Part shown: positions 25,419 through 32,000 of the stretch, one piece after another
Position numbering within the stretch: position 1 is the first letter of the stretch
Layout: each line of letters opens with the position of its first letter
NCBI GenBank assembly: GCA_000503915.1
Contig: CP006915.1
Coordinates: 330,001 to 362,000, forward strand
Origin: Candidatus Saccharimonadota bacterium
Lineage (GTDB): Bacteria > Patescibacteriota > Saccharimonadia > Saccharimonadales > Saccharimonadaceae
Direction: 5' to 3'
Length of the DNA stretch: 32,000 nt
Notes under the pieces: generated by a model
What the model saw: the letters and a program-made list of their open reading frames with translations, nothing else
The model's database searches: none
Told to the model about the DNA's origin: nothing
Program-made: the position numbers and the translations under genes

Positions 25419-25424
25419 ATAGGC

Positions 25425-27170
25425 ATGCAGGACGCTAAAGAGGAGATCCGCTCGCGCCTCGCGATCGAAGATGTGATCGGTGAGTATGTTCAGCTCAAGC
25501 GAGCGGGTCGTAATTTCAAAGGCCTCAGCCCGTTTACGAGCGAGAAAACACCCAGCTTCGTGGTGAGTCCCGACAAAAATATTTGGCATGACTTTTCAAG
25601 CAGCAAGGGTGGCGACATCTTTAGCTTTGTCATGGAAGTAGAAGGGCTTGATTTCAGAGCGGCGCTTGAACAATTGGCACGAAAAGCCGGCGTTGACCTT
25701 AGCGAGTATGAGACACAAAAATCCGGCGAACTGGTGCGTCGGAAAAAACGTCTACTTGAGGCAAATGAACTGGCGGCGCGCTATTACCAGCAGAGTTTGC
25801 TGAAAAACCGACATGCCTTGGAGTACGTGTTTAAGATCCGTGGGTTGAGTAAAGAAATTGTCCAGGAATTTCAGATCGGTTACGCTCCGAGCGACGGCGA
25901 GGCATTGATACGAATCCTAACCAAAAGGGGCTTTAGCAAAAAAGAGCTCAGTGACGCCGGCCTGGCAAACCGTTACGGTGGTGACTTGTTCCGCGGCCGT
26001 ATGACTGTACCGCTGATGGACGCGACTGGACAGGTGGTTGGCTTTACCGGTCGGATTTTAACGGATGATCCGAAAGCACCGAAATATCTCAACACGCCGG
26101 CAACCTTGATCTATGATAAATCACGGCATGTTTTTGGCCTTTCGCAGGCAAAAGAGGCCATTCGCCAGGCAGATTCCAGCGTGATTGTCGAAGGCAACCT
26201 CGACGTGGTGAGCTCGCATCAGGCTGGTGTCAAAAACGTCGTCGCGTCGGCAGGGACGGCGATGACCGAGTATCATCTCAAGGCGCTCGCTCGGCTGTCG
26301 CCGAATGTAAAATTATCGTTTGATGCCGATCGGGCAGGTCTAGACGCAACCGAGCGGGCAATTCCGATTGCCGGCCGGGTTGGCGTGGAGTTATCGATCG
26401 TGTCGCTACCGAAAGGCGCGAAAGACCCCGATGAGTTGATCCAGCAAGATGCCGCTGCTTGGAAGCGAGTGACCGAACAAGCCGAACCGGTGATGGACTG
26501 GGTAGTGCGGCAATATTCAGAGCGCGAGGATATGAACTCAGCAACCGGTAAACGGCGCTTTACATCGGCTATCTTAGCCGTGATTCGTTTACTCGAGGAT
26601 GCGGTTGAGCAGGAGCATTATCTCAAGCAAGTAGCCAGACTGACCGATAGCTCACTCGATGCCATCAAGCAAAAAATGAGCGAGATGGGCAACAGTGCGC
26701 AGTCAAAAACACTGAAGTCTGTCAAAACAACACCTAGCCAGCTAGACCAGAATGAACAGGAGCAAGCTTACCAAGATGATCTACTGGCTGCGCTCATCGT
26801 GGCGCCAAGTAGCCGCACACATCTGGCGACCTTTGACCCTTTGAGATTCACGAGTGAACGCCGTCAGCTACTGGGAGCTTGGCTGAAAAAAACAGTGACT
26901 TTACCCGATCCCGTACCGGAAGAATTGCAATCAATCGAGACCTATGTCAAAATAGTACTACTGAAGGCCGAGACCAGGTATGAAGGCTGGGGTGAACAAG
27001 AGATCTCACTCGAAATAGCCAAACTACTCCGCCGTGTGGAAATGGAATATAAAAAACAAACCAAAGAACAGCTGATCGAAGAACTTCGCCGTGCCGAAGC
27101 GGACGGTGATGATAAGAGAGCCGATGAGCTACGGGGCAAGTTACATAATCTTATTAAGGAGACTGCTTGA
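25425..27170 (+). CDS. dnaG: DNA primase (zinc-ribbon ligands substituted)
   Basis: 581 aa. The N-terminal zf-CHC2-like region ([13 protein letters not shown]...[11 protein letters not shown]) is followed by a TOPRIM core ([19 protein letters not shown]). It sits in classical dnaG-rpoD order. Confidence 0.93.
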   Translation: MQDAKEEIRSRLAIEDVIGEYVQLKRAGRNFKGLSPFTSEKTPSFVVSPDKNIWHDFSSSKGGDIFSFVMEVEGLDFRAALEQLARKAGVDLSEYETQKSGELVRRKKRLLEANELAARYYQQSLLKNRHALEYVFKIRGLSKEIVQEFQIGYAPSDGEALIRILTKRGFSKKELSDAGLANRYGGDLFRGRMTVPLMDATGQVVGFTGRILTDDPKAPKYLNTPATLIYDKSRHVFGLSQAKEAIRQADSSVIVEGNLDVVSSHQAGVKNVVASAGTAMTEYHLKALARLSPNVKLSFDADRAGLDATERAIPIAGRVGVELSIVSLPKGAKDPDELIQQDAAAWKRVTEQAEPVMDWVVRQYSEREDMNSATGKRRFTSAILAVIRLLEDAVEQEHYLKQVARLTDSSLDAIKQKMSEMGNSAQSKTLKSVKTTPSQLDQNEQEQAYQDDLLAALIVAPSSRTHLATFDPLRFTSERRQLLGAWLKKTVTLPDPVPEELQSIETYVKIVLLKAETRYEGWGEQEISLEIAKLLRRVEMEYKKQTKEQLIEELRRAEADGDDKRADELRGKLHNLIKETA

Positions 27171-28165
27171 TGGCAGATGACGATTTGATCAAATCAACGC
27201 TTGGTGATGAGGAAGTCGAAGTCGACACCCTTGAAGGTGTTGAAGAGCCAGATGTTGCCGAACTCGAGGATGAAGACGAACTCGAGGATGACGTCGACAC
27301 GCTCAATAACAATCAGTATTTTGACGACGTGTCCGACGATTCCGTCCGCCTTTACCTCAGAGAGATCGGGAAAATCCCGCTACTTTCCGCTGAGGAAGAA
27401 CTGGCGCTCGCGCAGCGTGTCGTACAAGGTGACAAGAAAGCTAAAGACAAGATGGCTGAAGCCAATATGCGTTTGGTTGTCTCAATCGCCAAGCGCTATA
27501 GCGGCCGCGGCCTCGATTTTCTCGATTTAATCCAAGAAGGTAACACTGGCCTCCTTCGTGCTGTCGAAAAGTTTGACCCAGACAAGGGTTTTAAGTTTAG
27601 TACTTACGCCACCTGGTGGATTCGCCAGGCGATTACTCGCGCCATTGCCGACCAGGCGCGCGTGATTCGTATTCCGGTGCACATGGTGGAGACGATTAAT
27701 AAACTACTGCGCACCCAGCGCCGTATGACTCAGGACCTTAACCGTGAGCCGACGATCGAAGAGTTAGCCAAAGAACTCGAGATGGAACCGGACAAGGTGG
27801 AGTATGTCATGAAGATCAAGCAGGACATCCAGAGTCTTGATGCTGGTGTTGGTCGCGACGGGGAAGAGGAAGACTCAAGCCTGAAAGACTTTATTGAAGA
27901 CGAAGAGTCGGCCACGCCGGAAGAATCGGCTACCAGCCAGCTTCTAAAGGAGCAGGTGCAGTCGGTGCTATCGGCGCTCTCTGATCGTGAGCAAAAGATT
28001 ATCCGCATGCGCTTTGGCCTCGATAACGGCAAGAGCCATACACTCGAGGAAGTCGGTCAAGAATTCGCCGTCACTCGCGAGCGTATCCGTCAGATCGAAG
28101 CCAAGGCACTTGCCAAACTTCGTAAGCACAAAGATGCGAAGAAGCTACACGAATACCTAAAATAG
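27170..28165 (+). CDS. rpoD: RNA polymerase sigma factor, principal (group 1-like), compact form
   Basis: ATG 27170 overlaps the dnaG stop (TGATG); the track start is TTG 27167. It has an acidic N-terminus, region 1.2 ([11 protein letters not shown]), region 2 ([32 protein letters not shown]) and region 4.2 ([20 protein letters not shown]). Confidence 0.92.
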   Translation: MADDDLIKSTLGDEEVEVDTLEGVEEPDVAELEDEDELEDDVDTLNNNQYFDDVSDDSVRLYLREIGKIPLLSAEEELALAQRVVQGDKKAKDKMAEANMRLVVSIAKRYSGRGLDFLDLIQEGNTGLLRAVEKFDPDKGFKFSTYATWWIRQAITRAIADQARVIRIPVHMVETINKLLRTQRRMTQDLNREPTIEELAKELEMEPDKVEYVMKIKQDIQSLDAGVGRDGEEEDSSLKDFIEDEESATPEESATSQLLKEQVQSVLSALSDREQKIIRMRFGLDNGKSHTLEEVGQEFAVTRERIRQIEAKALAKLRKHKDAKKLHEYLK

Positions 28166-28174
28166 GCAAGAGAG

Positions 28175-28564
28175 TTACTGTGAGAGCAGGTAACCGGTGA
28201 CGCCGGCAACAGCCAGCACTACCACTACAAGAACGATGATGATGACCATCATCGTTTTTGATTTCTTAGCCGGTACAGCGGGAGCCGGTGCGGCTACTTG
28301 CGGCTCAGATTCCATAGGAGATACCGGCGCCGTAGACTCAACTGGTGCCCCGGGCGAGACAGGAGACGGAGAGTTGCCTAGAGATGTGTTCGCTTCTGGT
28401 GGGGTCATCGCTGCGGCGGCCGACTCTGGTGCGTCAGAACCGGTAGTGACTGGTTCTTGCTTTTCTTGGGAAGAAAATGATGGCGGCGTGATGTCTTGCT
28501 GCGGCTGCAGGGTATCGTCATCTTGTCTTGGTTCCGGTTCGTTTGGTTGCTGGTTTGGGTTCAT
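28175..28564 (-). CDS. hypothetical Pro/Ser/Ala-rich protein with a C-terminal TM anchor
   Basis: 129 aa with AAGGAGG 4 nt upstream of the ATG on the minus strand. The disordered Pro-rich N-terminal part is followed by MMVIIIVLVVVVLAVAGVTGYLL. Preferred over the antisense ORF 28197-28634. Confidence 0.55.
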   Translation of the reverse strand: MNPNQQPNEPEPRQDDDTLQPQQDITPPSFSSQEKQEPVTTGSDAPESAAAAMTPPEANTSLGNSPSPVSPGAPVESTAPVSPMESEPQVAAPAPAVPAKKSKTMMVIIIVLVVVVLAVAGVTGYLLSQ

Positions 28565-28630
28565 TACCCCTCCTTGTGCTTGCGATTATATACTCAAGCT
28601 TCATTGTACCATAAGCGATACAAGGGTAAA

Positions 28631-29206
28631 CTAGAAGGCAATTGCCTGCAAAATGGCATCAACTTGTTCGTGCAGTGTATCGAGGTCTTTATCGTTATGA
28701 ATAAAATAATCCGCAATCGCGATTGGTCCGCCTTTTTCGAGATTTTCGATTTCCGCCCAGTCGCGCTCATCGACTTCTTCCGAGGTCATGGGACGCTCAG
28801 GGCGATTGGCCATGCGCTGTTTTCTGAGATGTTTTGGGGTAGTGATAGCGACGACGATCATTTCATCGCCCGGAAAAGCATGCTTTAAGACCTTGTATTC
28901 ACTCCAGGAGTATAAGCCGTCAAATATGATACGGTGCTGACCGGCGTTCATCAGATCATGCGCTTCCTGGACGGCACGTTTTGCGATGACGCCTTTACCT
29001 TCTTTTTCACGCAGTTCTTCGCGGAACTTTTGCTCGGGCTCCCAGTCGCCTGGTTTTATACCGGCTTTTCGCATTTCGTTATACATGATGCCGCCGAAGT
29101 AAATCTTCGGGTGACCTTTTTCGGTTAGATATTCAACAGCCGAACTTTTGCCACTACCAGCCAAACCGACAAAAGCCAGGATCTTCACATTTTCTTTTTG
29201 ACTCAT
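28631..29206 (-). CDS. P-loop nucleotide/nucleoside kinase-like protein (dNMP kinase / dephospho-CoA kinase-like)
   Basis: 191 aa with Walker A FVGLAGSGKSS at the N-terminus. Size and layout fit small nucleotide kinases. The exact substrate cannot be called. Confidence 0.65.
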   Translation of the reverse strand: MSQKENVKILAFVGLAGSGKSSAVEYLTEKGHPKIYFGGIMYNEMRKAGIKPGDWEPEQKFREELREKEGKGVIAKRAVQEAHDLMNAGQHRIIFDGLYSWSEYKVLKHAFPGDEMIVVAITTPKHLRKQRMANRPERPMTSEEVDERDWAEIENLEKGGPIAIADYFIHNDKDLDTLHEQVDAILQAIAF

Positions 29207-29213
29207 TATCCCT

Positions 29214-29222
29214 AGTATAGCA
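29214..29222 (-). promoter_or_regulatory. extended -10 (TGcTATACT on the minus strand) 7 nt upstream of the kinase ATG
   Basis: The reverse complement of 29214-29222 is TGCTATACT, followed by spacer agggata and ATG at 29206. Confidence 0.5.
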
Positions 29223-29276
29223 AATCATAGTGGCTATGCTTGCATACATATTGTCATATGCGACAATTTAATAATC

Positions 29277-29711
29277 ATGGAAAGACGAAAGCCGCGGAAA
29301 AAAGAGACCGAATTGTATAGGCAAATCATTGAAACGCATCGGGACGTCATGAGCGGTGAGCAGATGGAAGTTTTTCTGCTACTTTACGAGCGAGGTGATA
29401 AGGGCCTGGTTGCTGCTGAGCTAGGGATCGAACAAGGTGAATTAGAAATGATTATCGAGCCGCTTATGCCTCGGCAGCTCGAAAGACATGAACGCCTCGA
29501 TAGACAGGGGCGTCCATACCTGAAGCGTCTTTCCCATGCCGCATTTGTTGCTATTCTTACAGACTACCCGGCGCTCAGTGAAGACGAGAAAAGTATGGTT
29601 ACCGCTATGATTGATGCCCCAAACCAAGTAGTTGCCGCTCAGTCGTTGGGTATGGAGTATGGCGAGTTTGTTAAACTCTACTTAAAGATGCGCCGCAAGC
29701 ACGGATTCTAA
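29277..29711 (+). CDS. hypothetical protein with two sigma-70 region-4-like HTH repeats
   Basis: 144 aa. SGEQMEVFLLLYERGDKGLVAAELGIEQGELEMII and SEDEKSMVTAMIDAPNQVVAAQSLGMEYGEFVKLYL align with each other and resemble the LSxxExxV...ELGxSxxxV pattern of region 4 / LuxR-type HTH. Confidence 0.6.
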   Translation: MERRKPRKKETELYRQIIETHRDVMSGEQMEVFLLLYERGDKGLVAAELGIEQGELEMIIEPLMPRQLERHERLDRQGRPYLKRLSHAAFVAILTDYPALSEDEKSMVTAMIDAPNQVVAAQSLGMEYGEFVKLYLKMRRKHGF

Positions 29712-29721
29712 ACTATACGAC

Positions 29722-29749
29722 TTGTCGGAATTTAGCTGGCGAGTATAAT
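29722..29749 (+). promoter_or_regulatory. sigma-70-type promoter for the second sigma gene (TTGTCG-N16-TATAAT)
   Basis: TTGTCG 29722-29727, a 16-nt spacer, TATAAT 29744-29749, then a leader of about 25 nt with AGGAAG before ATG 29781. Confidence 0.45.
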
Positions 29750-29780
29750 GAAGTGAAACCTTACGGGTGGTAGGAAGATA

Positions 29781-31136
29781 ATGGCTGAGACACTATCGAT
29801 AGAACTAGACGAGATAATGCCAGTAGAACAACCGCCACTTCATCTTGTGCCTGCGGAGGATATACGTTTTCCTAAGGTGACAGCCGGTGAAGCACAATAT
29901 TTGCTCGAGCGGGGTCCGTATACATCTCGATTACGTGCAAGTCAGCGCGTGCTGGATGTAGTCATGGCGTATGCAAACGATGAAGAAACGGCAGTGATGA
30001 TCAGCCCCGAATATGTAGAAAGATTACAAAATGAAGCCGCTGAACATAAAGTTGCCTTACGAAGGTTTGATCAACGAAGTAGACGAATGGCGAAAAGGGC
30101 ATTGGTTCAGACAGAACCTAGGATAGCTAATGGTTCGGAAGCTTTAGTGAAGACTGAACCTGAGCTTATACCAGATGAAGACCAACCGGCGTTACATTCG
30201 AGTCGTGCGGACAGAGAGATTGAGGGTAGAGACTCGGTCGGATTATATTTGGATGATATTGCGAAGAATCCACTTTTAAGCGCTGAGCAAGAGGTAGAGC
30301 TTTCCAAAACTATTGAGGCTGGCTTAATGGCTGAAAATTTACTAAAAAATGATCAAATTGGCAAGAAGAGTGAAGCACCAATGCGAGCCTCCCGAGAGGA
30401 GCTAGAATGGCTCGCCGAGGAAGGTCGCAAGGCAGTAGACCAATTCATTACGGCAAACTTACGGCTGGTGGTCTCGATTGCTCGTAAATATGGCCGAGCA
30501 CAAATGCCCATGCTGGATCTGGTTCAGGAAGGCAACACCGGCTTGATCCATGCAGTAGAGAAGTTTGACTACACCAAAGGTTATAAGTTTTCGACTTACG
30601 CCACATGGTGGGTGCGCCAAGCAATTACGCGTGGCATAGCACAGCAGTCTAGGTTGGTGCGTCTGCCCGTCCACGTGGCGGAAGAACTCAATCAAATTGG
30701 CGGGACTAAACGGATACTTGAGCGTCAACTCGGTCGTGAAGTAGAACCGAGAGAAATTGCTAAAGAACTGGGGATGGATGTAGACCGGGTTCTCGATCTG
30801 ATAGCATGGGGTCGAGAGCATGTATCGCTTGACACGCCAGTGGGCGATGACGGTGATACATCACTCGGTGACTTATTGGCTTGTGAGACCAGCCCTGGGC
30901 CCGATGAGGCGGTGTTTGATGAAGATACGCGAAGACGGCTCAATGACTTGATCGATAGGCTGGATGAGCGGTCAGCTGATATTATTCGCCTACGATTTGG
31001 TCTGGCCGATGGGCGCTCGCATAAACTTACTGATATTGGCATGAAACATGGCATCTCGGCCGAGCGGGTTCGTCAGCTGGAGCGGCAGGCGCTCGCAACA
31101 CTGCGTCAGATCGGTGACCCTGAGCTGGCTCTGTAA
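29781..31136 (+). CDS. sigma-70 family RNA polymerase sigma factor (second, RpoD-like, with a unique N-terminal region of about 150 aa)
   Basis: 451 aa with regions 1.2 (DSVGLYLDDIAKNPLLSAEQE), 2 ([24 protein letters not shown]), 3 and 4.2 (KLTDIGMKHGISAERVRQLE). Confidence 0.9.
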   Translation: MAETLSIELDEIMPVEQPPLHLVPAEDIRFPKVTAGEAQYLLERGPYTSRLRASQRVLDVVMAYANDEETAVMISPEYVERLQNEAAEHKVALRRFDQRSRRMAKRALVQTEPRIANGSEALVKTEPELIPDEDQPALHSSRADREIEGRDSVGLYLDDIAKNPLLSAEQEVELSKTIEAGLMAENLLKNDQIGKKSEAPMRASREELEWLAEEGRKAVDQFITANLRLVVSIARKYGRAQMPMLDLVQEGNTGLIHAVEKFDYTKGYKFSTYATWWVRQAITRGIAQQSRLVRLPVHVAEELNQIGGTKRILERQLGREVEPREIAKELGMDVDRVLDLIAWGREHVSLDTPVGDDGDTSLGDLLACETSPGPDEAVFDEDTRRRLNDLIDRLDERSADIIRLRFGLADGRSHKLTDIGMKHGISAERVRQLERQALATLRQIGDPELAL

Positions 31137-31150
31137 GGTATACTAGTACT

Positions 31151-32000
31151 ATGACCAAGCGTTTGGCGGTAATCGATGGCAAGAGTGTCTTCTATAGAGG
31201 CTACTATGCCATGCCGGGACTTTCGACGAAAGATGGTATACCGACGGGAGGCGTGTTTGGTTTTGTTTCTCTCGCGATCGAACTGATCAAGAAACTAAAC
31301 CCCGACTATGTGGCGGTGGCGTGGGACAAGCCAAAAACGAATATCCGTAAGCGCCGCGAGATTTATCCGGAGTATAAAGCTGGCCGCAAACCGGCGCCGC
31401 CGGACTTTTATGAGCAGATTCCGATCTTGCACGACCTGCTCGAAGCCTTCGGCTGGCCGCTGTATGAACTCGACGATTACGAAGCCGACGATATTATGGG
31501 CGCCTTTGCCAAACAGGCTGAGGCGAAGGGTATTGAGACTTGTTTACTCACCAGTGACCTCGACGCACTGCAGATTGTCAGCCCGCTGACACATGTCTAT
31601 GCACTCAAGAACGGCCTCTCGAATATCGAGCTGTTCAACGTCGAAGCATTTGAGAGTAAGTATGGCCTACGGGTTGATCAGTTTCTCGACCTCAAGTCAT
31701 TAAAAGGCGACTCATCAGACAATATCCCCGGTGTGCCTGGCGTGGGTGAAAAGACCGGTATCCAGCTGCTTCAGCAGTACGAAACACTCGACGGGATTTA
31801 CGAGCACCTTGATGACATCAAGGAAAGCGTCCGCAAGAGACTGGAGGCCGGTAAAGAGTCGGCCTACATGAGTAAAGAGATCGGCCGTATCTGGACTGAT
31901 GCGCCAGTCAAACTCGACTGGGACGTGGCCGATGTCAATGACTGCGATCTGCAAAAAGTTGCGGATATCTTGCGGCAACTTGAGTTCCATTCTTTAATCA
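31151..32000 (+). CDS. polA: DNA polymerase I, N-terminal 5'-3' exonuclease domain (partial, continues past the window)
   Basis: An open frame runs from ATG 31151 to the window end. My own translation is MTKRLAVIDGKSVFYRGYYAM...GGVFGF...YEADDIMG...GDSSDNIPGVPGVGEKT, which matches FEN/5'-nuclease motifs. TATACT (31139-31144) lies 6 nt upstream. It is absent from the ORF track because no stop is reached. Confidence 0.9.
   Translation, partial: MTKRLAVIDGKSVFYRGYYAMPGLSTKDGIPTGGVFGFVSLAIELIKKLNPDYVAVAWDKPKTNIRKRREIYPEYKAGRKPAPPDFYEQIPILHDLLEAFGWPLYELDDYEADDIMGAFAKQAEAKGIETCLLTSDLDALQIVSPLTHVYALKNGLSNIELFNVEAFESKYGLRVDQFLDLKSLKGDSSDNIPGVPGVGEKTGIQLLQQYETLDGIYEHLDDIKESVRKRLEAGKESAYMSKEIGRIWTDAPVKLDWDVADVNDCDLQKVADILRQLEFHSLI

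Noticed and set aside
28197-28634. The 145-aa plus-strand ORF opposite the Pro-rich protein
   Set aside because: The minus-strand ORF has AAGGAGG at the correct spacing, an upstream TGGTACAAT box and a clean C-terminal TM helix. The plus-strand translation is Gly/Cys/Ser-rich with no start signals.
31308-31990. ORFs 31308-31589(+) and 31715-31990(-)
   Set aside because: Both lie inside the polA 5'-nuclease reading frame, which I translated directly from ATG 31151.
1-32000. CRISPR arrays, IS elements, integrases, rRNA or tRNA genes
   Set aside because: I found no regularly spaced direct repeats, no transposase- or recombinase-like ORFs, no terminal inverted repeats and no tRNA-like T-loop/acceptor structures by eye. 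A tRNAscan or Infernal run would be the decisive check.

Overview
This is a densely packed bacterial chromosomal window of about 35 genes. Spot counts put it near 50% GC. Spacers are very short and several gene pairs share 4-nt ATGA stop/start overlaps. Left to right it holds: the tail of a probable nrdA; nrdB with a class Ic-type (Phe-for-Tyr) ligand set; Nramp mntH; a complete oxidative pentose-phosphate module (zwf, then convergent gnd-pgl); a frameshifted gene of about 930 aa for a secreted SGNH/GDSL hydrolase surface protein, followed by a translationally coupled small membrane protein; a type IV pilin-like gene whose leader is broken by stop codons; RNase HI; a full arginine deiminase operon (arcA, arcB, YfcC-type transporter, arcC); pyrG; a second type IV pilin-like gene; argS; a roughly 63% GC islet with a small wHTH-like ORF; mscL; an FMN reductase; msrB; a GC-elevated orphan gene; orn; a CapA-like protein; a YjbR-like protein; dnaG-rpoD; a P-loop kinase; a tandem-HTH protein followed by a second sigma-70; and the 5' part of polA. 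I saw no rRNA, tRNA, CRISPR array, transposase or integrase. The gene content (pilins, arc operon, compact layout) fits a reduced-genome Saccharibacteria (TM7)/Patescibacteria-like organism, but that is inference only. The most notable observations are these. About 15 genes carry a (TGn)TATAAT-like box 6-9 nt upstream of the start codon, which suggests leaderless mRNAs. All four DnaG zinc-ribbon ligands are substituted. The class Ic-type R2 sits beside the Mn importer. A Crp/Fnr (ArcR-type) box sits at the arcA promoter with no regulator in view. An 18/20 direct repeat brackets the PPP module. A GC-rich islet lies behind an orphan promoter. A tandem-HTH gene is paired with a second sigma factor. 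I did not find a clearly novel multi-gene system, and every functional call is unverified by any search.
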